Positions 56,101-64,000 of a stretch of DNA of 64,000 nt are shown piece after piece. This DNA is from a virus. Every line of letters begins with the position of its first letter. The first letter of the stretch is position 1. Under the pieces are notes generated by a model, which was given only the letters and a program-made list of their open reading frames with translations, did not search any database and was not told the origin of the DNA. The translations under genes were made by a program, and so were the position numbers. Where the stretch lies: positions 64,001-128,000 of IMG/VR virus record IMGVR_UViG_3300023223_000669; one strand, given 5' to 3'.

Positions 56101-56473
56101 ATTGTTTGACAGCAAAGCACAGCGTATCGCGTGGGAACAACACTACCTAGGGATTTCCCTCAGTGGTAGCGAAGCCGACATTTACAAAGCAGAACACACC
56201 TGTATCGATTTGATCCGCAACAGCTTCCCCGATATGCGTTTTGAGATTGCTGTTTGTGTGGATGCCGTTCGTGAGATTGTGACTCGCAAGGGAGACCCAA
56301 TGGCCTTTGTGACAGCACGCGATAAAACCTATGTTATGGATAACATCGTTGTCTTCCCTAAGACATTCAGTTACTCCAAGAGACTACTGGAAGAAGGCAA
56401 CGTTTTGAAGATTAGGGGGCGGGTTGATGACCGTGGCTCCTTGATTGCTGACCGTGTAGAGAGAATACGATGA
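53165..56473 (+). CDS. dnaE: DNA polymerase III alpha subunit (family C)
   Basis: PHP domain, GRGSAGGSLVSY, LPDIDTD, GIHAAAVV, LLKLDILGL, YQEQV, YGFNKSH, C-terminal OB fold. Confidence 0.96.
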   Translation: MNFAHLNVHSKASMLYGSADIKKIVARAKELGQSAVALTDYSNVYNAVNFYREATKAGVKPILGVDLYFCEDAEQLRIQKVRQVSHIVLLAETEEGWQNITRIVSGANTPEYFYYNPRVDFKLLEQYSEGVICLSGSSLDGIIARQLYDKVGDDGEVVEPAALFKAEGLVRRFLKIYDTDHFCLEIQDTGVAEQDTINTRLRGIATKYSLKIVATNNVHYVEQHDAEAHKTLLEMSTNKYNRATYTDFGPEEYYLKSREELDETNLLAEELNAALEIAERCNVELDLKKRRLPKYQFVPEGKTSMEYLRELCDKGYDRLMLGQWATPEGRESYTARLERELVDIEDMGFADYFLIVHDVISWVREQDILVGRGRGSAGGSLVSYTLGITEIDPLEYGLIWERFLNKGRGGLPDIDTDLPRSKRQKVLGYIRERFGEGNVAQLVTLGGLQAKAIVKEVFKVYGVSFDEVNKITALIPAKNEDHVAISLQEAIDAVPELKEYYERYTPWFKVALALEGCYKTTGIHAAAVVISDVPFDESPYPLTRAKDGSMLFGWDMNTVDSLSLLKLDILGLTTLDDIQVTMDLVKHRHDIELSRVAMPLDDSATYAMIGRGFTIGVFQIEKQLGRTWSKNLKPENIEELSDLVSLIRPGPMESNMHTAYRSVKNKGEAPEYIHPKLEPIMGPTFSALLYQEQVIYICQQLAGMNSVDADMVRKAMGKKKPEDMQKWQDVFVDGCTANDIDPVTAEEIWGYIEKFAGYGFNKSHGVGYALLAYETAYLKANYTVEFLCAKLRHSDSHPDKFAQMSALVYDGNLFNIEVVPPRVSQRNKDFAVIDDTHIAFGLTALKGVGVTAVNDLIKISRKHDTFEGILWHIMTTKTKVNTGVLIALIRGGAFDDLVEHRVEAQARFKLLDTLTAKERETVQELIPHQEGDADWVRIISAIASEKKAPLVKEKFGVKIPNARRRPKLREALGEFHRRELFDSKAQRIAWEQHYLGISLSGSEADIYKAEHTCIDLIRNSFPDMRFEIAVCVDAVREIVTRKGDPMAFVTARDKTYVMDNIVVFPKTFSYSKRLLEEGNVLKIRGRVDDRGSLIADRVERIR

Positions 56474-56715
56474 AATACGAATATGATGTTGTAACGTTAG
56501 AGCTTACTGAAGAACAACAACAGGTTATTCAGATGGGGCTTGGCGATATCGAACAGATCAATGCAATGATCTGCGATATCATTAATAAACGTGCTGCGGA
56601 CGGCTGGGAGCCGCTTTACCCGTTTTCTGTGCCGCAAGTGTGGTTTCGTAAAGAGATCAAAGCACGTAGACGCAAAAAAATTACAAAAAAGACACGACAG
56701 TCTGCTAAAAAATGA
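56470..56715 (+). CDS. Small protein, DUF4177-like
   Basis: MKYEYDVV...IINKRAADGWE; basic tail. Confidence 0.5.
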   Translation: MKYEYDVVTLELTEEQQQVIQMGLGDIEQINAMICDIINKRAADGWEPLYPFSVPQVWFRKEIKARRRKKITKKTRQSAKK

Positions 56716-56723
56716 TATAATGT

Positions 56724-57446
56724 ATGATTACGCAGAAGATGATGAAGCACAATATCGTATGGCTAGAAGAGTCCAGCATAATGGTTGATGAGATCTCTGA
56801 GGAAGAGGTTGAGTCTCTCCTGGATGAATATCGTCCTATCGTTACTCGCATTGCTCGATCGGCTTTCTATTCCTCAGCAGCTATTGATGTCAACGACCTT
56901 ATCCGCGTTGGTGAGTTTGCCGTCCTACAAGCTGTCAAAGCCTATGACCCCACCTGTGGTACAACCATTCGCTCTTTTGTGTCTAGAGTTGTACGAAACG
57001 AAATTTTCCATGAAGCCGCCCGCTTCTTGGGAGTGTTTACAGTAGACCACCGAGTCACCAGCCTAGCTGCCAAGGTTAATAAATTACACGCTAAGGGGCA
57101 GAGTGACACGGAGATTGCCGAGGTGCTCAATGCATCCGGCAGTCGCAATTTTGATGCGGACCATGTTCGCGATTTACGTATTGCCTATAGTCGCCGTCAG
57201 CATTCAGCTTTGACAGACGACGATGCTCTCGAAGAGTATTCTGCCGAGGAAAACACAATCCAAGAACTATTGCGGGGAGTTGTGCAAAACCCAATAGAGC
57301 AGACTATTTTAGACGAAAGGATCCTAGGCGATAAATCAGTAAAGGACGTGGCTTGTATCTTATGCCTATCGCAACGTCAAGTATACGATCTGGAAAACCA
57401 ACTCAAAGATCGTATCCGGAAAGCCATTGAAGATGTAACGGAATGA
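56724..57446 (+). CDS. RNA polymerase sigma factor (sigma70 family, FliA/SigF-like)
   Basis: Region 2 DLIRVGEFAVLQAVKAYDPTCG...FVSRVVRNEI; region 4 KSVKDVACILCLSQRQVYDL; TGATATAAT at 56713 upstream. Confidence 0.85.
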   Translation: MITQKMMKHNIVWLEESSIMVDEISEEEVESLLDEYRPIVTRIARSAFYSSAAIDVNDLIRVGEFAVLQAVKAYDPTCGTTIRSFVSRVVRNEIFHEAARFLGVFTVDHRVTSLAAKVNKLHAKGQSDTEIAEVLNASGSRNFDADHVRDLRIAYSRRQHSALTDDDALEEYSAEENTIQELLRGVVQNPIEQTILDERILGDKSVKDVACILCLSQRQVYDLENQLKDRIRKAIEDVTE

Positions 57447-59248
57447 ATGAGAAAAAGCGTGTATTGTTTATAGGTGAAGCCAGCAATTTGAGTACTGGCT
57501 TCTCGACCATTTATCGAGAACTATTACCTCGACTGGCAGCTACGGGTAAGTATGAAATCGCAGAGTTCGGATCATATGTTCGCCAAGATGATCCCAAGGT
57601 CCAAGAGTTTATTCAAGGACGCTGGAAGTTCTACGGTGTCATGCCCCTCACCCAGCAAGAAGGACAGGTTTTCAATCAGCCCAGCCCACACCCTAGGGCA
57701 AAGGGACTGAATACCAACCAGTTTGGCGAGTACAAGTTCAATCATGTTGTTGCCGATTTCAAGCCTGATATTGTCATCGATATTCGTGATTGGTGGATGT
57801 TAGAGTATCAAGAGCGAAGCGTGTTTCGTCCATTCTATAAATGGATTGTTATGCCTACTGTTGATGCTGAACCCCAGGCAGAGGAATGGATTCAAACCTA
57901 CGAAAATGCAGAAATGGTTTTGGCCTATTCTGACTATGGTGTTCATGCTCTGCGTCGTCAGAGTCAGTTGACTACCGGGGGACGCCGTAAGATGCGTGTG
58001 TTCCCGAAGGCCATGCGTCCTGGAGTTGATTTGGCTACATTTAAACCAATGGACAAGGCAGAGATTCGTGAACATTGGAATCTCTCTAAAGACAATCCGG
58101 TTATTGGCACGGTTATGCGTAATCAAAGCCGTAAGTTGTACCCTGATTTGATCGATGGTTTCGCTCGCATGCGAGAGAAGTATAAGGGCAATGAAGCGGT
58201 AGACAAGGCTGTTCTTTTGATTCATTCTTCGTGGCCAGATAATCAACATTCATTTGATTATCCGAGACACATTATGCGTCTTGAGTCTTATCCATGGATG
58301 CAGCATGCACAAAAAGGTATTCGAGGCAGCATTCTCCAGACGATCCACTGTCATACATGCAATGAGCCCTCTGTTGCGTTTGCCATGAGCCTGTGGGGTA
58401 AGCCTATCGAAGAAGGTAGAGTCAAGTTGCCATGTCCTCACTGTGGTAAGGTTGATGCTTCACCGCCGAATACTGCCATGGGTTTTTCACGCGAAGATCT
58501 TGCTAAACTGTATAACCTGATGGATCTCTATGTGCAATGTTCCATCTGTGAGGGTGACGGCATGCCCATTCAAGAGGCGAAAGCCTGTGGAGTGCCGACG
58601 CTAGCTACAGACTACACGGCCATGCGTGAGAAAGGAAGATTCCCCGACTACTCGCACTTTGAGGAGCTTGGTTATACTTCTCAGACGTACACTTGTCATA
58701 AGGGCGGCGAAGTGATTGATGTTGGTCGTTATTACTATGAGCCAGAGACCAGTTGTATGCGTGCTCACCCTGATATTGAAGACTTAGCCGACAAGATGTT
58801 TGCCATGATTAGCAATCAGGAGAAGCTGGATAGTCTTGGTGTAGAGGCCCGTACATGTGCCGAAGACAACTATGATTGGAATGTGCTTTGGAAACAATGG
58901 GAGTATGTTCTAGATAACGTTAAAATAAAGGATCGTTTGCAGACGTGGGATAGTCCCATCGCTGAGCACGAAGATATTGCTGCTGTGCCCGTGCCTGCTG
59001 CACTCAGCGATGAGCAATATGTTGAATGGCTCTATCTCAATGTTCTCAAATATCCCTCAGTTGATCCCGAGGGGGCAAAGGTTTGGGTACAGCATCTTGG
59101 ACTTGGTGTAACTCGCGAACAGATCATGCAACAGTTTGTAGCAATTGGTAATCAACAGTCCGATGGTAGCAAGATGCGTGATCAGATTCGTCAACAGGTG
59201 GCTGGTCTTACTATAAATCTACCGAAGCCCAAGCAGGAGTTCGTATAA
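57443..59248 (+). CDS. GT4 glycosyltransferase with zinc-ribbon insert and C-terminal DUF4214-like domain
   Basis: STGFSTIYRELL, IGTVMRNQSRK, LYNLMDLYVQCSICEGDGMPIQEAKACGVP; CHTC..CPHC; YVEWLYLNVL..DPEG..W..GVTREQIMQQF. Confidence 0.82.
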   Translation: MNEKKRVLFIGEASNLSTGFSTIYRELLPRLAATGKYEIAEFGSYVRQDDPKVQEFIQGRWKFYGVMPLTQQEGQVFNQPSPHPRAKGLNTNQFGEYKFNHVVADFKPDIVIDIRDWWMLEYQERSVFRPFYKWIVMPTVDAEPQAEEWIQTYENAEMVLAYSDYGVHALRRQSQLTTGGRRKMRVFPKAMRPGVDLATFKPMDKAEIREHWNLSKDNPVIGTVMRNQSRKLYPDLIDGFARMREKYKGNEAVDKAVLLIHSSWPDNQHSFDYPRHIMRLESYPWMQHAQKGIRGSILQTIHCHTCNEPSVAFAMSLWGKPIEEGRVKLPCPHCGKVDASPPNTAMGFSREDLAKLYNLMDLYVQCSICEGDGMPIQEAKACGVPTLATDYTAMREKGRFPDYSHFEELGYTSQTYTCHKGGEVIDVGRYYYEPETSCMRAHPDIEDLADKMFAMISNQEKLDSLGVEARTCAEDNYDWNVLWKQWEYVLDNVKIKDRLQTWDSPIAEHEDIAAVPVPAALSDEQYVEWLYLNVLKYPSVDPEGAKVWVQHLGLGVTREQIMQQFVAIGNQQSDGSKMRDQIRQQVAGLTINLPKPKQEFV

Positions 59249-60498
59249 TGAAATTACTTTTTGTTGGTCCTCTTTTGGATTTTTCCGGCTTTGCTACGGC
59301 TTCACGTCGCTTCTTACAAGCACTCAACGAGAGCGACCTTGACTTGACGGCCCGTCCTCTACGGTATGATAAGTTGGATGATGGACAAGAGTTCACTCCG
59401 CCGGAATGGCTCGCCTCCCTTTTGAAGAATGATCTTCAAGGGGTTGATATGGCCCTTCAAATGACGACATCGAATACCGAGGCCGTCCCCGTGCCTGGTA
59501 TTTTGAATGGTCTGTATACCTTCTTTGAGACTGATCGTCTGCAACCTTTGTGGGCACAGAAGGCGAACGAGTTTGACTTCATCATTGTACCCTCGCGAAG
59601 CAATGGTGAGACGTTGCTCCGTTCGGGAGTGAATAAGCCTATTTTGTGTGCTGGCCCCCCTTGTGACATAGATGATTTCCAACGTGAACGTCAGCCGTTC
59701 GTCATTGAGCAGGCTGGTGACAGAACGATCTTCTATAATATTTGTCAGTTGAGTGCCAAGAAAGGGATTGATGTTTTGCTACGTGCTTACTATGCCGCAT
59801 TTGTCGGGGCACCCGATGAAGTGTTGCTTGTTCTCAAGACATATGTCAATATGGAGAACCGTCAGCAAGATGAAGAGATTGTTAAGCAGTATATCCAGAA
59901 TATCAAGCAACGTTGTCGTATTCCGGTTCCCCAACATCCTCCCGTGTTGCCATTAGTATATACCATGACGGACGATGAGATCCACGGTTTACATGTTGCT
60001 GGCCATGCGTACGTTTGCTCTAGTCGAGCAGAAGGATGGGGACTTCCCGTGTTTGATGCTTTGGCTCACGGTAAGACGGTCATCACCCACAATGCTGGTG
60101 GCTTGGCAGACTTCGTAACCCCAGAGAATTCGCTGCTCTATCAAGGCATGCCAACGTTCTTCTTTGATATGCCGCATCCTGATCCTGGTCTTTTTACTGG
60201 TGTTGAACAGTGCTTCGAGCCTTCGCCAGCACACTTAGCCCTCAATATGCGTAGGTTCCATCTACTCAGACGTGGTGCTGATGCTGGCGAGCTTGACGAA
60301 ACAATGCAGGCCGAATGGGCATCTGTACTGACGCGTCGTGAAAATGCTAAGCTTGTTGGCCAGAAGTTTGATTACCGTGCTATTGGTAAGCGTATTGTTG
60401 GTCAGCTAGAATCACTATTCGCCTCATGGAAAGAAACTGGTACAGCTATCTACACTCCGACAAATGATGAGAAACCTTCTCTGGAGGATTCGCTATGA
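59248..60498 (+). CDS. GT4 glycosyltransferase
   Basis: SGFATASRR, KKGIDVLLRAY, EVLLVLKT, YVCSSRAEGWGLPVFDALAHGK. Confidence 0.88.
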   Translation: MKLLFVGPLLDFSGFATASRRFLQALNESDLDLTARPLRYDKLDDGQEFTPPEWLASLLKNDLQGVDMALQMTTSNTEAVPVPGILNGLYTFFETDRLQPLWAQKANEFDFIIVPSRSNGETLLRSGVNKPILCAGPPCDIDDFQRERQPFVIEQAGDRTIFYNICQLSAKKGIDVLLRAYYAAFVGAPDEVLLVLKTYVNMENRQQDEEIVKQYIQNIKQRCRIPVPQHPPVLPLVYTMTDDEIHGLHVAGHAYVCSSRAEGWGLPVFDALAHGKTVITHNAGGLADFVTPENSLLYQGMPTFFFDMPHPDPGLFTGVEQCFEPSPAHLALNMRRFHLLRRGADAGELDETMQAEWASVLTRRENAKLVGQKFDYRAIGKRIVGQLESLFASWKETGTAIYTPTNDEKPSLEDSL

Positions 60499-61634
60499 AC
60501 CAACAGCAAATCTATTACGAGCCGCAGATGCAATCGATTGCGGAGCGTGTCAATCAGCCGCCGCGTATTGTACAATGTATCCAAATGCACAACGAGGAGC
60601 AATTTGCCCCGTTGGTGCTGGCATCTATCTATGATGAGGTAGATCGTATTATTGTGATCGAGGGTGCCGTTGAGAACCGTCCGAACGCAACACAAGATGG
60701 ACACTCCACCGACAATACGTTGTCGGTGATTAAGAAATTCAAAGAAGAAAATGATCCAGACAATAAGATCCTGCTGGTCTCTATCCCCAAGTTTTGGAAA
60801 AACCTGGAGGAAATGAAACAGGTATTCCTTGATATGAGTATTCCGGGCGACTGGATCTTGATCAATGATGCAGACGAATTTTATAAGCCGTCTGATATCA
60901 GACGACTTAGGAAAGCTATTGAGCTTGAGCCGCACGCCTGCGAGTTTGTTCCGAACTTCCTGCACTTCTATCGTGACTGCTGGCATGTGGCCGTTCCTGG
61001 TCCCGAGTGGCAACCACAACATCAGCGGGTATTCAAATATGTACGCGGCATGATATACAATAGTCATCCGGTCGTTACTGACCCTGCGGGACATTGCACA
61101 TATTTCTCACCACATTATCAACAGCGTAGGGTAATGCTTAATGATTTCTTTATTTACCACTATGGTTATGCCCGTTCCAATATGGACGAAATCATGAGGG
61201 CGAAACAAGAATATTACAAGGGTGAGCTTGCGAAGCACGATGGGGCCGACAAGAAGTTTGATCAGAAAGTCAAGGACTGGTTTGATGGTACGGAACCACT
61301 ACTGAGGTTCGATGGAGAACATCCTCAAATCATTCAGGATCATTATCATGTGGCAAATAAGGTTGTGCCCAGAAATGTTCCTACCCTATGGCGGGACGAT
61401 CCTTTTTATAGTAAGGTGCTCAGGAATGAGCCCTATGGAAATATTTATTTGTGTATGACGCAGCAAGCAACGCCGCACATGCAACTGTATCACAACGGTA
61501 TGACTATTGAAAATGGTCTTGAAACAGAAGGCGATGTTCCTGTGGTACAGATGTCGATGGAAGAATATAAACAGGCCCTACAGTCTGGTGGCCTAGAAGG
61601 TTTTGGCTGTGGTAACCCCGCAGTCTCATGTTAG
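60495..61634 (+). CDS. GT2 glycosyltransferase, beta-1,4-glucosyltransferase-like
   Basis: MHNEEQF, DRIIVIEG, DWILINDADEFY, IYHYGY. Confidence 0.82.
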   Translation: MNQQQIYYEPQMQSIAERVNQPPRIVQCIQMHNEEQFAPLVLASIYDEVDRIIVIEGAVENRPNATQDGHSTDNTLSVIKKFKEENDPDNKILLVSIPKFWKNLEEMKQVFLDMSIPGDWILINDADEFYKPSDIRRLRKAIELEPHACEFVPNFLHFYRDCWHVAVPGPEWQPQHQRVFKYVRGMIYNSHPVVTDPAGHCTYFSPHYQQRRVMLNDFFIYHYGYARSNMDEIMRAKQEYYKGELAKHDGADKKFDQKVKDWFDGTEPLLRFDGEHPQIIQDHYHVANKVVPRNVPTLWRDDPFYSKVLRNEPYGNIYLCMTQQATPHMQLYHNGMTIENGLETEGDVPVVQMSMEEYKQALQSGGLEGFGCGNPAVSC

Positions 61635-61644
61635 GAGAAAAATT

Positions 61645-62019
61645 ATGAGTTTTGCAACAGATTATATAACAGCGTATAGATTACTACGTCATGGCGACGT
61701 TCCCGACGATATTGGCAGAGCCTTAGGCTATGAAGACAAAGATATTCTGCTTCGTCTACGTGCCCGCTTTGGTCGTGTGAGTCTTCGTGAGGCGGTTGAT
61801 AAAAGTCGAGTTCGAATTTTTGGTCGCATTAAAGCTGCTATTTATGCTGTTAAGATGGTCAAAGAAATGAGACGACAAAAAGTTCTGATTACCAATATGC
61901 TTGGTCTTGAACAAGAGCCTGATGGCATTAGAGAGATTCATAAAAAATCCATCAATTTATTCCCTATTACGGTGCATCGCACAGTAGTTCAAATGCGTGA
62001 ACCCAAGGAAGATGCCTAG
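61645..62019 (+). CDS. Hypothetical protein
   Basis: AGGAG RBS, ATG 61645 in frame with ORF 61603..62019. Confidence 0.6.
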   Translation: MSFATDYITAYRLLRHGDVPDDIGRALGYEDKDILLRLRARFGRVSLREAVDKSRVRIFGRIKAAIYAVKMVKEMRRQKVLITNMLGLEQEPDGIREIHKKSINLFPITVHRTVVQMREPKEDA

Positions 62020-62872
62020 ACTCAGTTACTTGGTTTCAACTTATGATTCTGGCCAATTTCTAGACGGTCACATTGCCGATCTCATTGACCATCAAACAGA
62101 TGGAGACTTTGAGATCGTAATAGTTAACCCGGCTTCGCCGGGCATTGATGGCCTCATTGCTGAGAAGTGGGCTCACGCGGATCCCCGCGTGAAGTATATC
62201 TACCATCACGAGAGAGAACCGTATGGAACCTCCTGGCTGCGAGCATGGCGAGCAGCCAGGGCTCCACTCGTGATGAACTCTAACACCGACGATTTCCATG
62301 AGCCCCGTACGACTGAATTAGTCCATAAGCACATGCGTCTGGCAACCAGCCCGATGCATACAGGTTCTAAGATCGGCTTTGGCTATGGTGGTATCACTGT
62401 GACAGACGCGAAGGTTCGTGCGACAGGAAGAGGCTTAAAACCTCCATTCAATTTTGAGGTCATGTCGTATGAGTGTCACGCTGGCCCGCAGGTTATCTGG
62501 CGAAACGACAAGCAATTCATTGATGATCTTGACTGGAATCTGATGCAAGAGCGTAGTGAGAGCTACAAGTCGGCATTTGACTACTGGCTTTGGCTGTACT
62601 TCATGAGTAAGGGGTATCGTGGCTATGTGATTCCTGAGTATCTTACGATTTACCGGCAACGTCCCGATTCTATTGAGAATCGAAATAAATGGGCTAATAA
62701 TTGGGAAACTTATGCTGCCATCAGTGAGTTTTTCGGTCATAATTTCGATGGCAAATTGACACATGCACAGGAGTTTAGGGATTTCGACGCTCTACCTCCG
62801 CGAGACGCATGGGTTGCTACAATGCAAGCAGGCGAACAATGGGAAAAATCAGAGATAGATGGTATAGGTTAG
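61997..62872 (+). CDS. GT2 glycosyltransferase
   Basis: LSYLVSTYDSGQFL, FEIVIVN, DPRVKYI, MNSNTDD, AFDYWLWL. Confidence 0.85.
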   Translation: MNPRKMPRLSYLVSTYDSGQFLDGHIADLIDHQTDGDFEIVIVNPASPGIDGLIAEKWAHADPRVKYIYHHEREPYGTSWLRAWRAARAPLVMNSNTDDFHEPRTTELVHKHMRLATSPMHTGSKIGFGYGGITVTDAKVRATGRGLKPPFNFEVMSYECHAGPQVIWRNDKQFIDDLDWNLMQERSESYKSAFDYWLWLYFMSKGYRGYVIPEYLTIYRQRPDSIENRNKWANNWETYAAISEFFGHNFDGKLTHAQEFRDFDALPPRDAWVATMQAGEQWEKSEIDGIG

Positions 62873-63300
62873 TTGCTGGCGGTCTTTTGCAGGCCAAGAA
62901 GCGTTTAGCTACTAAATTAGCTAGACAGATTGAGATTACAGCAGAACATGCAGCCCAATGGAGGATTGTCCAGAGACAATTCATCGCCCTGAAAGATGAT
63001 ATGAAAAAGATCCTTGCAGACAGAGACGATCAAATCGTTATTCTGAAAGAACATGTTAAGGCTGCCAAAGAGGGTCGAACAGATGACGTTGAGACAGCCA
63101 AGGACATTATCCGTGAACGCATGGGTATGGATCCAGACGCTCCTGGTAAGATGGACATATTACGAAAGCAGCTTCGCCAAGAGTGTGCCTATGTGATGTA
63201 TCTAGAAGACAATCTTGAGGATGGATTGACAGAGTTTAATGACATACCGAAAGAAGAACGTAAAGTCTATTTTGAGCGTGTAGATGAGCGGGCACGATGA
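62809..63300 (+). CDS. Hypothetical coiled-coil protein (start uncertain)
   Basis: Fills the gap; ATGA overlap with the next gene. Confidence 0.55.
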   Translation: MGCYNASRRTMGKIRDRWYRLVAGGLLQAKKRLATKLARQIEITAEHAAQWRIVQRQFIALKDDMKKILADRDDQIVILKEHVKAAKEGRTDDVETAKDIIRERMGMDPDAPGKMDILRKQLRQECAYVMYLEDNLEDGLTEFNDIPKEERKVYFERVDERAR

Positions 63301-63665
63301 GCAAACAACGTATTGTGTCGCAGTCTTGGGGACGTGAGCGAGTCTTAGAAGAGAATGACAAGTATGTCCTTAAGATATTGGAAGTCGATCCTGGTCATCG
63401 ACTGAGCCTGCAATTCCATGACCGTCAAAGACTTACATTGTATTGTCTTTACGGTCATGGGACGCTCTTTTTGACCAACGACCAACACGATAGCGAAAGA
63501 TCCCTGCTGCCGGGGCGTTACGAAACAATCGAACCCGGCACCATCCACAGTCTTGAATCATCAGGAACGGCCCCCTGTATTGTGATGCAGATTTCGTGTG
63601 CAACAGCAAACGACACCACCATCTTAGACGTTGGCAGGTTCCTCGACCCCTTTAGCAATGATTAA
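63297..63665 (+). CDS. Cupin, mannose-6-phosphate-isomerase-like
   Basis: SWG..RVL..KILEVDPGHRLSLQFH...IEPGTIHSL. Confidence 0.75.
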   Translation: MSKQRIVSQSWGRERVLEENDKYVLKILEVDPGHRLSLQFHDRQRLTLYCLYGHGTLFLTNDQHDSERSLLPGRYETIEPGTIHSLESSGTAPCIVMQISCATANDTTILDVGRFLDPFSND

Positions 63666-64000
63666 AATATTACATTATCTCCGTAACCTCGGATTAGGTG
63701 GTACGGAAAAGACTTGCCAGTTGTTTTTTGAGCACGCGAGCAGTGATTTTGAAGTTACGGTTATACATGAAGAAAGTGGTGACTATACACGTATAGAGGA
63801 ATTTAATAAAGCCGCCAGGGTTAGTAAAGGATTGGTGCATGCTATTGATTCCTATGGGAGCAACCCACGACTGAAAGGTGACCCTGATCCAGCCCCTCTA
63901 CAAGAGGTTATCGACACTTTAAAGCCCGATATTTTACATGTCTATCGTAGCGGTTATAGCGAATTTCCGGCCAATTGCGTATATGTACCGCATACTGTTG
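63658..64000 (+). CDS. GT4-like glycosyltransferase, N-terminal part truncated by the window edge
   Basis: ATG 63658; MIKILHYLRNLGLGGTEKT...LKPDILHV; frame stays open to the edge. Confidence 0.7.
   Translation, partial: MIKILHYLRNLGLGGTEKTCQLFFEHASSDFEVTVIHEESGDYTRIEEFNKAARVSKGLVHAIDSYGSNPRLKGDPDPAPLQEVIDTLKPDILHVYRSGYSEFPANCVYVPHTV

Noticed and set aside
3863-56473. Inteins in TerL, RecA, DnaB, DnaG or DnaE
   Set aside because: Motifs are contiguous, lengths are normal, and no splice-junction or LAGLIDADG blocks were seen
1-64000. Stop-codon reassignment
   Set aside because: Conserved genes are full length under the standard code, and TAA, TAG and TGA all end genes

Overview
The whole window is one co-directional (+ strand) segment of a large tailed dsDNA phage genome, siphovirus-like because it has a tail tube and a TP901-type tape measure but no recognisable sheath. 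Gene order: glycosyltransferases and GroES (0-2 kb); ERCC4 nuclease, terminase, portal, protease-scaffold and capsid (3-15 kb); neck, tail tube, chaperones and tape measure (15-30 kb); large LamG/PKD and other beta-rich tail-tip proteins (30-45 kb); a terminator and sigma70-like promoter opening a replication module (RecA, DnaB, DnaG, PD-(D/E)XK nuclease, ClpP, DnaE); then a sigma factor and a glycosyltransferase operon running off the right edge. Best leads: (1) at least seven glycosyltransferases together with a strong Ser-Gly dipeptide enrichment in surface-type virion proteins, suggesting a phage-encoded virion O-glycosylation system with an S-G sequon; (2) a single-box motif TTAGT(G/T)TA(T/A)T seen eight times at gene boundaries of the structural region, a likely late promoter, three copies apparently driving leaderless mRNAs; (3) eight free-standing HNH/EndoVII genes, most of whose 3' ends encode the next gene's RBS or promoter; (4) duplicated decoration and chaperone genes, a nested scaffold gene and a three-hairpin intergenic RNA. 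All family calls are by eye and all counts are hand counts; no database search was run.
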